Shown here: positions 23,461-34,445 of the stretch, piece by piece
Position numbering within the stretch: position 1 is the stretch's first letter
Layout: every line of letters starts with the position of its first letter
From: the human T2T-CHM13v2.0 reference genome, Homo sapiens
NCBI RefSeq assembly: GCF_009914755.1
Contig: NC_060928.1
Strand: one strand, 5' to 3'
DNA length: 64,000 nt
Notes under the pieces: model-generated
The model's input: the letters and a program-made list of their open reading frames with translations, nothing else
Database searches by the model: none
Told to the model about the DNA's origin: nothing
Program-made: the position numbers and the translations under genes

Positions 23461-26141
23461 ATTCCAATTAATTACCTTGATTTGATTATTACACATCATA
23501 GGCTTGTTTCAAAATTTCACATGTACCCCATAAATATGTACAGCTATTATGTATCCATAAAAATTAAAAATAAAAAATAAGATAAAATAAGATAAGGTGA
23601 CAAAGGAAAAAATAATAATACGTTTAACATTCTGAGTAGAGAGAATGAAATATCTAAGTTGTAGGATTATGGCTTCTTAAAGTAAAATAGCATCCAATCA
23701 ATTATTTTAACAATTTTTGGGGAAAATGACATAAACTAGTCAATTAATGTTAAATAAATTATTCAAATTCCTACTGAGAAAATACATTATTATATGACTG
23801 ATATATAATCACTAATCCATTTTTAGACCTTATTTTAAAGAAGCTTCAGTCTTTATATATTTTTAAGATAATGCTTTTGAGGCACAGGTATTTGACAGAA
23901 GGGAAGTAAACCACCTTTATTTTCAAAATCCTCTAATAAAGTACCTGTTCTGAGTTTATTCTTGTTTCAGGATTGAGCAAATGACATGTTTCTTCAGAAA
24001 ATTTTGCCAAAGTTTTCAAAAATGGCAGAAATTATCACCCCAGGATTTAGAAATTTTGACAGCACATAGACCACAGGTTTTCAAAGACGAAAAGTTATAA
24101 AATTAGTTTGCAAAGGGATTCTCAAGTAACAAGGAGTCAGCAGGAAAAAAAGAAAGTATAAGTGAAAATGTTTTCCCTTGGTCTTGTCTTTGACACACAG
24201 CATTCTGTATTGTCTGTGACAAAGCATTAGGACTAGAAATTTCTATATCCACGAGAAACAGTAGCAAACTACTGCAATACCCACTCCTCTGGCCTGCTAC
24301 ATGAGGCTGCATCCAGAGTAGATTTTAATTACAACTACTAATTCCATGTTGCTTTACCTAATGTGAGTCTATACAAGGAGGTGTAATCTAAATCAAATGC
24401 AGTAAGTGATGACCTCAGAAACCCAAACAGATGGTTATTTATCAAGGACTATATAAAATTTCTAAAAATAAGTGTTGATTAATATTAAGGAAAGTCTGCA
24501 AGTCTCTTTTATTGTGATTTCCCAATTTGAATATGTGTGCTACTTTTTATGATGTAAAAATGTCATAAAATAGTTTGAGAATAATAACTTCCTTTTGTTT
24601 CCACTTTGCTAATGGTAGTGGTGGTAGTGGTGAGAGAAGGTAGATGGATGAAGAAACCTAGAGTTTTTATACTAAATGATGTTCTTTACTGGTTTAGATA
24701 AACTTCCCCAAATGAACTTTTAAATATTTATTACAAATTAGGGGTTTTCTTTTTGATGACATAGAGTACTTTGAGTGTGAAAATTGAACTGTCAGTATTA
24801 CTCTCTGCCTTACATATTTGTTATACTTAATAGAGTTGCGTAAAGCTATATAAATAGCTCTTCAGTTACTCTTGAAAATCAAATGGTTTGAACTAGGAAT
24901 AGAGTCAACATTCTTATAATACATTCATATTCTGCAGCCTCAAAGAATACAATTTAAGATTTTATGACATTTTGCCTCAATGTACAATGTCATCTTGTCG
25001 AAGATATCCACAAACTATGATGTAAATGTACCTCTAATTTTTCTTTTTCAATACATACTGCAATCTCAGACCAGCCACACTCAGAAAACCACAACACAGG
25101 AGAAATTGTTTACTCCTTAAGAAGAAATAATTTGTAACATTAACAGGATACAGTAGGAAATAAGAGTGAACCACACTCATTAATATACAAACATCTTGAG
25201 ATGCATAACTATCAGCAGCACCAGATTATAAATGACAGAAGCAAAATATTATTTTCTAAAGATTTGAAAGGAAAGTAGGGCTGAGAGAAGGAAAGAATCA
25301 TCTTTCATGCCTGCTCGGTGATACTTACAGGCCAGAGGAAAAATAAACCAATCTGTCTCCAAGGATCAGAACCCTGCATGAAGACCTAATTAGAATCCAG
25401 GTGACAGCACTGAAGGTGAATAATGGATTAAAGAACAGAAATGTAACAGTCATTTTTACTGCGGTATTTTATTTTCCCTTGAGAGCTTACACCGATGGAT
25501 TAGAAAGGACATGGCTCCACTTTTAATATAGTCTAATAGTCTGGTCTGGAAGTTATGAAGTTATTTCAGGCAGTCACTTGCAAATTATTCTTATCACTGG
25601 AAAGATAGGTGTAACCTAAAGTCTGGAAATTGTTAAAAAAACATAATTTGTACTTGAATATAAAATGTGTTAATGCACTAGACTTAAAAAGATAAAAATG
25701 ACTTTTTATGCGCTCACTACAAATAAAATGAAAAAGGTAAGTGCTAAGCACAGATTAAAAGTGATCTTGGAAGTTCGCTCTAACTCCTTTCTCTAGGTTC
25801 TTAAAATTAAATACTATTAGAAAATGGTCAACTGAGTTTATGATGCTATTACTCCAGCATAGTTTAAAAGAGCTTCACTCCTTAAACAAATCCAAGTATG
25901 AAACAGTCAAATGCTTACATTTCTGAGGATATATCCCCCATCCAAAAAGTAGAAATACAGTCTGAGATGTTAACCAAAGATATAATTTAATGTAGTAATT
26001 AACTATAACAAAAGTCATAGACTTGTGACTACATGAAAGAAAAATATGGAATAAAGATTAAGAAGATTGTTCTAGATGATGCTGATAAATGAGAATTAAA
26101 ATCTGTGTTAGATGGCTACAGACTTCAGATATAGTCTAGAC

Positions 26142-26302
26142 TAAAAGTTCTCAACCTTTGCTGCACATTAAAAGTACCTGAGAAGCTTTAATATTGATGA
26201 CTAGGTCACACATTAGGGTATCTGAAGATGGAAACCTGCTGTTAGTATTTATTAAAAAGCCTCCAGGCAGTGGTAATATGCATCTTGATTTGAGAACTAC
26301 TG
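26142..26302 (+). mobile_element. MER5-like hAT-Charlie MITE
   Basis: GTTCTCAACCTTTGCTGCACATTA...TTTGAGAACTACTG with 8-bp TSD GTCTAGAC / GGCTAGAC. Confidence 0.75.
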
Positions 26303-29300
26303 GGCTAGACCAAGAATCCCTCTTTAACTGAATTCTAGAGATGTATCATTGTTTCTAACTGAACCAACAGTGTAAAAGCTATAGTTTATATGATTAGTCT
26401 TACATTTGAGGAAGAAATTACATAACATTTCTTCCAATCCTAACCGTTTTATCGTCTTTATGTGATTAATAAGCCTGACACATTTAGAATTCTTTGCACA
26501 AATGGGTAACAAGCATATAAAGCGTTTAAAAAACCTCCACCTCACGGGTAATCAATTACTTGTAAATTGAAACAAGTTGTTTTTCTACCTATAAAACTTC
26601 CAACATTATTACCGAAATGGTTATATGTAGTAGTTTGCAGCCTTCAGAAAATATCACTGAATTCAAAGAGCAGTTTAAAAAAATAACATGGGGGAGGGGG
26701 GCAAGATGGCTGATTAGATAAAGCCAGGTGGAACCGCTCCGTCCCAGGGACCAAGAGGACTGCTGTGCTCCTAACAGATCTTCAGAGGGAAGGCACTGAG
26801 AGTGGATGGAGGGAAGACACAGAAGCTGGGCTGAAGAAGGAGAAAGCTTGGAACCCTACACGGGGCTGCAGCACCCTGGGACTCATTCCTGACCCCCAAC
26901 AGCTCCAGGAGAAGGAGTGGAGTTGAGTAGTTAAGGAGCAGCTCGCTGTCGTCCCCAGCCTCTGGAAGCTCAGCAGGTGGAAACTCCTTGCTCACCAGGG
27001 ACACTGGAGTTGGCCGGGAGACCTGCTTAGAGAAGTGGTGGGTGCAGCAAGCCAACAGATGTCGAGCCCAGAGGGTTTGATGCGGGAGCGTTGGTAGCAG
27101 AGCAAAGCTGGGGTTGGTCGTCCCCCTAGGCTCCACTTGCTCTCATAGGAGACTTTAGCCCTAAGGGACCTGTCAGACCTGATTTCTGCCGGGCAGTCTT
27201 GCCCATCGGGCAGGGATGGTCCAACCTGAGAACACTTTGGTCTGCTGGCCTCTCCTGGTGCTCCAGCCTGGCCACGCCTGCTTGCAGGGCAGCCGCAGGT
27301 GCCCTGGGGGTCCTCACCATAGCTTCTGCACTGGTGGACCGTGCCTGACTGGCGGAGAGCTCCAGCAGGGTGTCCCCTGTGGCCACGCACCAGCCGTCAC
27401 GCTCCCTCTCCACACTGCAGCTTCCTTCTGCCTCACGGCAACTCCCCACTTCACACTGCTAGTACGTGTCTGCCAGGTGTCTGCCAGGTGAGTTCTGCTT
27501 CTGTTGCCCTGCCAGCACACAGGAGTTCAATCCACCTCCGATAGCCCCACTGACTGCCATTACAGACCGAGCCTTGTCGGGTACAAAGCCAGCCAGCCCC
27601 ATTCCTGCCCGCAACCCGCTCTTGCACTAACACTGTACAGAGAACAGCAGCAGATCAGCCTCCACCCTAAGTGACTACTCCTGCTTACAGGGCACAGAGA
27701 AAGCACCCAGATCTGGACTCGCCAGCGCCCCGCCTTGGAGCCAACACCACCTCAAGTGCGACATTGCACATAGCCGCAGGCATGCTCCCTCCCGCACCTC
27801 GCGGCACCCACAACTGAGTTGCCTCCACCACTGAGGTGAATGCCCACAGGGAGGCAGGCATCCTGGCAGGCTAGCATTCTGTTGTGCTGCTGCAACTGCT
27901 GCTGCTGGCACGTGTGAATGAGGACAGATCCTGCTGTCACTGCTTTATTAAATGCTTTGGCTGACACCATGCATCAGAGTGGTCCAGGGGCACCTGGGCC
28001 CCCTGCAGCACTGTTCCCCGCAGCACCGTGGATTCCTAACCTCGAGCAGCCAGAGAAAAAAGTCGGCATCCAATATGGGTCCTCCAGAATTAGAGCACGC
28101 AGTCCAGGAGTTTGGAGCTGAGGCTGGCTCTCTACAATCTTCCAGAAATGAAGCCAGTTGGCTGAATTCATCTAATACCACAATCAAGCCCTCAAGGTCA
28201 TCAAGCAGGATTAAAAAAAAAAAAAAAAAAAAAAAACCAAAGGTCAGAAACTTGAAAGACTGAAGGTCGATAAGCTCACAAAGAAAAAAATCAACACAAT
28301 AACACTGACAAGCCAGAGTGCCTTCTTTCCTCCAAATGAGGCACAACAATTTAAGCAAAGTCTCATGTTACAAAATTAATGTGAAAAAATCACTAGCATT
28401 GCTATATACTAACAGTTAAGCTGAGACCCAGATCAAGTATATAATCCCATTCAAAATGTCCACACACAAAAATAAAACAAATATACCTAGGAATACAGCT
28501 AACAAAGGAGGAGAAAACTCTCTACAAGAACTAGAAAACACTGCCCAAAGAAATCAGAGATGACACAAACAAACGGAAAAACATTCCATGCTCATGGATA
28601 GAAAGAATCATTATCATTAAAATGGCCATACTGCCCAAAGCAATTTACAGACTCAGTGCCACTCCTATTAAACAACCATTGACTTTTTTTTCACAAAACT
28701 AGAAAAATCTATTTTAAAATTCATACGGAACCAAAAAAAAAAGCATGAATATCCAAGGTAATTCTAAGCAAAATGAACAAAACTAGAGGCATCACACTAC
28801 CTGACTTCAAACTATACTATAGGGTTATAGTAACCAAAACAGCATAGTACTGGTACAGAAACAGACACATATACCAATGGAACAGAATAGAGAACCCAGA
28901 AATAAGTCAGCATTCCTACAACTATCTGATCTTTGACAAACCTGACAAAAACAAGAAATGGGGAATGTATTCCCTATTCAATAAATGGTGCTGGGCTAAC
29001 TGGCTAGCCATATGCAGGAGACTGAAACTAGACCCCTTCCTTACACCATATACAAAAATTAACTCAAGATGGGTTAAAGACTTACATTTAAAACCTAAAA
29101 CTATAAAAATTCTTGTTGATAACCTAGGCAATATCATTCTGGACATAGGCATGGACAAAGATTTCATGGTGAAGATGCCAAAAGCCATTGCAACAAAAGT
29201 AAAAGTTGACAAATGAGATCTAATTAAACTGAAGGGCTTCTGCACAGGAAAAGAAACTATCCAGAGAATAGACAGACAACTTACAGACTGGGAAAGAATC

Positions 29301-29702
29301 TTTCCAAACTATGCAGCTGAAAAGTTCTAATATCCAGCATCTATAAGGAACTTAAACAAATTTACAAAAAAGAAAAACACCATGAAAAAGTACCTAAAGG
29401 ACATGAACAGACACTTTCAAAGGAAGACATACATGTGACCAACAATCATATGAGAAAAAGCTGAACATCACTGATCATCAGAGAAACACAAACTAAAACC
29501 ACAATGAGATACCATCTCACTCCAGTCAGAATGACTATTATTAAAAAGGCAAAAAATAACAGATGCTGGTGAGATTGTGAAGAATAGGGAACACTTATAC
29601 ACTGTTGGTGGGAGCGTAAATTGCTTAATTCATTGTTGGAAGACAATGTTACGATTCCTCAAGGACCTAAAAATAGAAATACCATTCAATCAGCAATGCC
29701 TT

Positions 29703-30843
29703 TGAGAGGTGACAAGGTGCTAGCAGCCCTCGCTCACTCTCCGCGCCTCCTGGGCCTCAGCGCCTGCTCTGGCCACACTAGAGGAGCCCTTCAGGCCGCC
29801 ACTACACTGTGGGGGCCCCTTTCTGGGGCTGGCCGAGGCTGAAGCAGGCTCCCTCTGCTCACGGGGAGGTGTGGAGGGAGAGGTGCGCGCGGGAGCTGGG
29901 CTGCGCTGGGTGCTAGTGGTGCTGGCGCAGATTCTGGGTGGGTGCAGGCTCTGCGGCCCCACACTCCACATGGCCGGCAGGTGCCTGCTGGGCTTGATCA
30001 GGGGAAGAGCTCCCTCTGGGCTGTCGGAGTCCCACTCAGAGTGCCATTGAGAGGTGAAGCCAGCTGGGCTTCTGGGTTGGGTGGGGACTTGGAGAACTTT
30101 TGTGTCTAGCTAAAGGATTGTAAATGCACCAATCAGCACACTGTGTCTAGCTAAAGGATTGTAAAGGCACCAATCAGCACTCTGTGTCTAGCTAAAGGTT
30201 TGTAAATGCACCAATCAGTGCTCTTTGTCTAGCTAGTCTGGTGGGGACTTGGAGAACATTTGTGTCTAGCTAAAGGATTGTAAACACACCAATCAGCACT
30301 CTGTCAAAACGGACCAATCAGCTGTCTGTAAAACGGACCAATCAGCTCTCTGTAAAATGGACCAATCAGCAGGATGTGGGTGGGGCCAGATAAGGGAATA
30401 AAAGCAGGCTGCCTGAGCCAGCAGCGGCAACCCACTGGGGTCCCCTTCCACGCTGTGGAAGCTTTGTTCTTTCGCTCTTTGCAACAAATCTTGCTGCTGC
30501 TCACTCATGGGTCTGCATTACCTTTATGAGCTGTAACACTCACAGCGAAGGTCTGCAGCTTCACTCCTGAGGCCAGTGAGACCACGAGCCCACCACGAGG
30601 AATGAACAACTCCAGATGTGCCACCTTTATGAGCTGTAACACTCACTGTGAGGGTCTGCAACTTCACTCTTGAAGCCAGTGAGACCATGAACTTACCAGA
30701 CGGAAGAAACTCTGGACACATCTGAACATTTGAAGGAACAAACTCCGGACACACCATCTTTAAGAACTGTAACACTCACAGCAAGGGTCCGCGGCTTCAT
30801 TCTTGAAGTCAGCAAGACCAAGAACCCACCAATTCCAGACACA
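29703..30843 (+). mobile_element. LTR12-family (ERV9) solo LTR
   Basis: TGAGAGGTGACA...CCAATTCCAGACACA with ~41-bp U3 repeats and U5 repeats (GAGCTGTAACACTCAC). 4-bp TSD CCTT/CCAT (1 mismatch) in the L1 sequence CAGCAAT.CCATTACTGGG. Confidence 0.95.
30101..30403 (+). promoter_or_regulatory. LTR12 U3 promoter/enhancer: seven CCAAT boxes, GC/GT box, GATA and AATAAAA TATA-like motif
   Basis: CCAATCAG at about 30129, 30170, 30211, 30289, 30314, 30338 and 30362, then GGGTGGGGCCAGATAAGGGAATAAAA. ERV9 LTRs are known NF-Y/Sp1/GATA promoters; activity at this locus is not shown. Confidence 0.65.
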
Positions 30844-31970
30844 CCATTACTGGGTAGATACCCAAAGGAATATAAATTGTTCTATTATAAAGACAGATGC
30901 AAGTGTATGTTCTTTGCAGCACTACTCACAATAGCAAAGACATGGAATCAACCTAAATGCCCATCAGTGATACACAGAAAGAAAATGTGGTACATATACA
31001 TCATGGAATACTATTCAGCCATAAAAAACATGTCCTTTGCAGGGGCATGGATAGAACTGGAGGAAGTTATCCTTAGCAAACTAACACAGGAACAGAAAAA
31101 CAAATACCGTATATTCTCACTTTTAAGTTAGAGCTAAATAATAACACATGGACACAAAGAAGGGAACAACACACACTGAGGCCTATTGGAGGATAGAGTG
31201 TGGGAGGAAGAAGAGGCTCAGGAACAATAACTATTGGGTACTAGGCTTAATACCTGGATGACAAAATAATCTGTACCACAAACCCCCATGACACATTTAC
31301 CTATAGAACACATCTGCACATGTTCCCCTGAACTTAAAATAAAAATTAAATTTAAAAAATAGTGGAGGCATTATGGCAGACAAGGGGCAGGACTAGATTG
31401 CAGCTCCGACTTGGACGGACAGAGCAGCGTGCAGAGGCTCACATCATGGATTTTTAGCTCCAGAACGACTGCAGGAATAAATCAGGAAACCTGAGAGGAC
31501 CCACAGACCCCCCTGAAGGAAGCCAACTGCGCCTGCAGGACCCTGGAGACACCCCAAATACAGTGAGTGCCCAAACTGCAGAAGTGGAAAAGGGAGATCC
31601 TCTGCCCCGGAACACACACCCTTACAGGGGAAATCGAAGGTCTAGTTTACAGGAGAAGATTCTGAACTTACCTGGAGCTGAGTCGATGTAGAGAGCCAAG
31701 TGAAATACACAGGTAGAGGAAGAAGTGGGAAAGGCCCTGTGAGCTCACTGGGTCCCCAAGCAGGTCATTCCTGCCTGGCACCATAGGGATCCTTCCGGAG
31801 GGTGGCCAGAGGTGCAGGGAAAACGCCACAGGGAGAAGGAACTCTCCAGCTGATCTTTGTAACAATTTGAACCTGTTCAGAAGCCTCCTGGCCAGAACTC
31901 TGCTTGGGGGGAAGGGCATGAATCCAGCAAGCAGACTCCACAGGCCGGGGAAGAACTAAAGCCTTAGTAT

Positions 31971-32056
31971 CTTTTTTTTTTATTATTGAGATGGAGTTTT
32001 GCTCTTGTTGCCCAGGCTGGAGTGCGATGGCGCAATCTCCGCTCACCACCTCCGCC
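31971..32056 (-). mobile_element. Short Alu right-arm 3' fragment in L1PB 5' UTR (second copy at ~33168-33251)
   Basis: Poly(T) followed by GAGATGGAGTTTTGCTCTTGTTGCCCAGGCTGGAGTGCGATGGCGCAATCTC. Confidence 0.85.
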
Positions 32057-33005
32057 TGGGAGGCAAGTAGCCCAAGGCAAATTCTCAGCCCTGCTTGCCC
32101 ACTTTCTGGAAACAGACTCAGTGCTGTGAGGCGGGGCATGGTGGGAGTGAGACCTGCCCTTCGGATTGCGTGGGAGCTGGGTGAGGCCTGTGATTGCCAG
32201 CTTTCCCCCACTTCCTGACAACCTGAGTGACTCAGCAGAGGCAGCCATAGTCCTCCTAGGTGCATAACTCCATTGACCTGGGAACCTCACCCCTAACCCC
32301 CACATCAGCCACAGCAAGACTTGCCCCAGGAGAGTCTGAGCTCAGACATTCCTAGCCCTGCCCCCACCTGATGGTCCTTCCCTACCCACCCTGGTATCTA
32401 AACAAAAAGAGCATATACTCTTTGGAGTTCTAGGGCTCCACCCACCACCGTTCCTCTCCATATTTCCACAACTGATGCTCTCTGGAAAGCATCACCTCCT
32501 GGCAGGAAGCCAACCAGCATAAAAATGGAGCATTAAACCATAAAGCTAAGAACCCTCACAGAGTCCATTTCACCCCCCTGCTACCTCCACCAGAACAGGT
32601 GCTGGTATCTGCTGCTGAGAGACCCACAGACAGTTCACATCATAGGACTCTGTGCAGACAACCCTCAGTACCAGCCTGGAGCCTGGTAGACTTGCTGGGT
32701 GGCTGGACCCAGAAGAGAGATAACAATCACTACAGCTTGGCTCTCAGGAAGCCACATCCATAGGAAAAAGGGGAGAGTACTACATCAAGGGAACACCCTG
32801 CAGGACAAAAGAATCTGAACAACAGCCTTCGGCCCTAGACCTTCCCTCTGACAGAGCCTACCTTAATGAGAAGGAACCAGTAAACCAACTCTGGTAATAT
32901 GAAAAAACAAGGCTCTTTAACACCCCCCAAAAAAATCACACTAGCTCACCAGCAATGGATTCAAACCAAGAAGAAATCCCTAATTTAACTGAAAAACAAT
33001 TCAGC

Positions 33006-33274
33006 AGGTGCAGGGAAAACACCATAGGGAGAAGGAACTCTCCAGCTGAACTTTGTAACAATTTGAACCTGTTGAGAAGCCTCCTGGCCAGAACTCCGCT
33101 CGAGGGGAAGGGCATGAATCCAGCAAGCAGACTTCACAGGCCAGGGAAGAACTAAAGCCTTATTATCTTTTTTTAAATTATTGAGATGGAGTTTTGCTCT
33201 TGCTGCCCAGGCTGGAGTACAATGGCGCAATCTCTGCTCACCACCTCCACCTGGGAGGCAAGTAGCCCAAGGCA
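33006..33274 (+). repeat. Dispersed direct duplication of 31810-32079 inserted into L1PB ORF1
   Basis: Aligns end to end with about 17-18 differences by manual count. Flanked by TTCAGCAGGT at 33000-33009 and 33283-33292. Confidence 0.95.
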
Positions 33275-34117
33275 CACACAGGTTCAGCAGGTTAGTTATT
33301 AAGCTAATCAGGGAGGTACCAGAGAAAGGTGAAGCTCAATGCAAAGAAATCCAAAAAAGATACAAGAATCAAAGGGAGAAATATTCAAGGAAATAGATAG
33401 CATAAATAAAAAATATCATAACTTCAGGAAATAATGAACACACTTATCAAAATGCAAAATGCTCTGGAAAGTCTCAGCAATAGAATTGAACAAGTAGAAG
33501 AAAGAAATTCAGAGCATGAAGACAAGCTCTTTGAGTTAACCCAATCCAACAAAGACAAAGAAAAAAGAATAAGAAAATATGAACAAAGCCTCCAAGAAGT
33601 CTGGGATTTTGTTAAATGACCAAGCTTAAGAATAATCAGTGTTCCTGAGGAAGTAGAGAATCTAAAAGTTTGGAAAACATATTAGGGGGAATAATCGAGG
33701 AAAACTTCCCTGGCCTTGCTAGAGACCTAGACATCAAAATACAAGAAGCACAAAAAACACCTGGGAAATTCATCACAAAAAAGATCATCACCTAGGCACA
33801 TTGTCATCAGGTTATCTAAAATTAAGATGAAGGAAAGAATCCTAAGAGCTGTGAGACAAAAACGCAAGGTAACCTATAAAGGAAAACCTATCAGTATAAC
33901 ATCAGTTTTCTCAGCAGAAACCCTACAAGCTAGAAGAGATTGAGGCCCTATCTTCAGCCTCCTAAAACAAAACAATTACCAGCCAAGAATTTTGTATTTA
34001 GTGAAACTAAGCATCATATATAAAGAAAAGATACAGTGTTTTTCAGATAAACAAAAACTAAGACATTCACCATTACCAAGCCTCCACTACAAGAACTTCT
34101 TAAAAAAGATCTAAACC

Positions 34118-34445
<328 letters not shown>

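Larger units (their letters stand above)
19832..23580 (+). mobile_element. L1MA-type element with 5' UTR, large internal deletion, ORF2 C-terminus and 3' end; hosts MST, a younger L1 3' end and the ABCB4 fragment
   Basis: Starts GAGGAGTAGGAACAAGATGG. The 5' UTR jumps to ORF2 near 20978. L1MA-type tail CATGTACCCCATAAATATGTACAGCTATTATGTATCCATAAAAATTAAAAATAAA. Confidence 0.85.
26690..31354 (+). mobile_element. L1PA (about PA11-PA13) with long GC-rich 5' UTR, internal deletion of most of ORF1 and the EN/RT part of ORF2, and an LTR12 insertion
   Basis: Starts GGGGGAGGGGGGCAAGATGGCTG. Jumps to ORF2 near 28345. ORF2 peptides [33 protein letters not shown]. 3' end CCCCTGAACTTAAAATAAAA. Confidence 0.88.

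Noticed and set aside
28213-28236. A24 tract as the tail of a separate retrocopy
   Set aside because: No TSD or distinct upstream element. L1 sequence continues on both sides, so it is an expanded internal A-run.
26771-28358. Dense cluster of 60-136 aa ORFs on both strands in a GC-rich island
   Set aside because: It lies in the GC-rich 5' UTR of an L1PA. The ORFs overlap, show no domain motifs, and are expected from low stop-codon density.
30101-30370. CRISPR-like or novel regularly spaced repeats
   Set aside because: These are tandem ~41-bp and ~24-bp units without unique spacers, the normal LTR12 U3 repeats. There are no cas genes and the context is eukaryotic.
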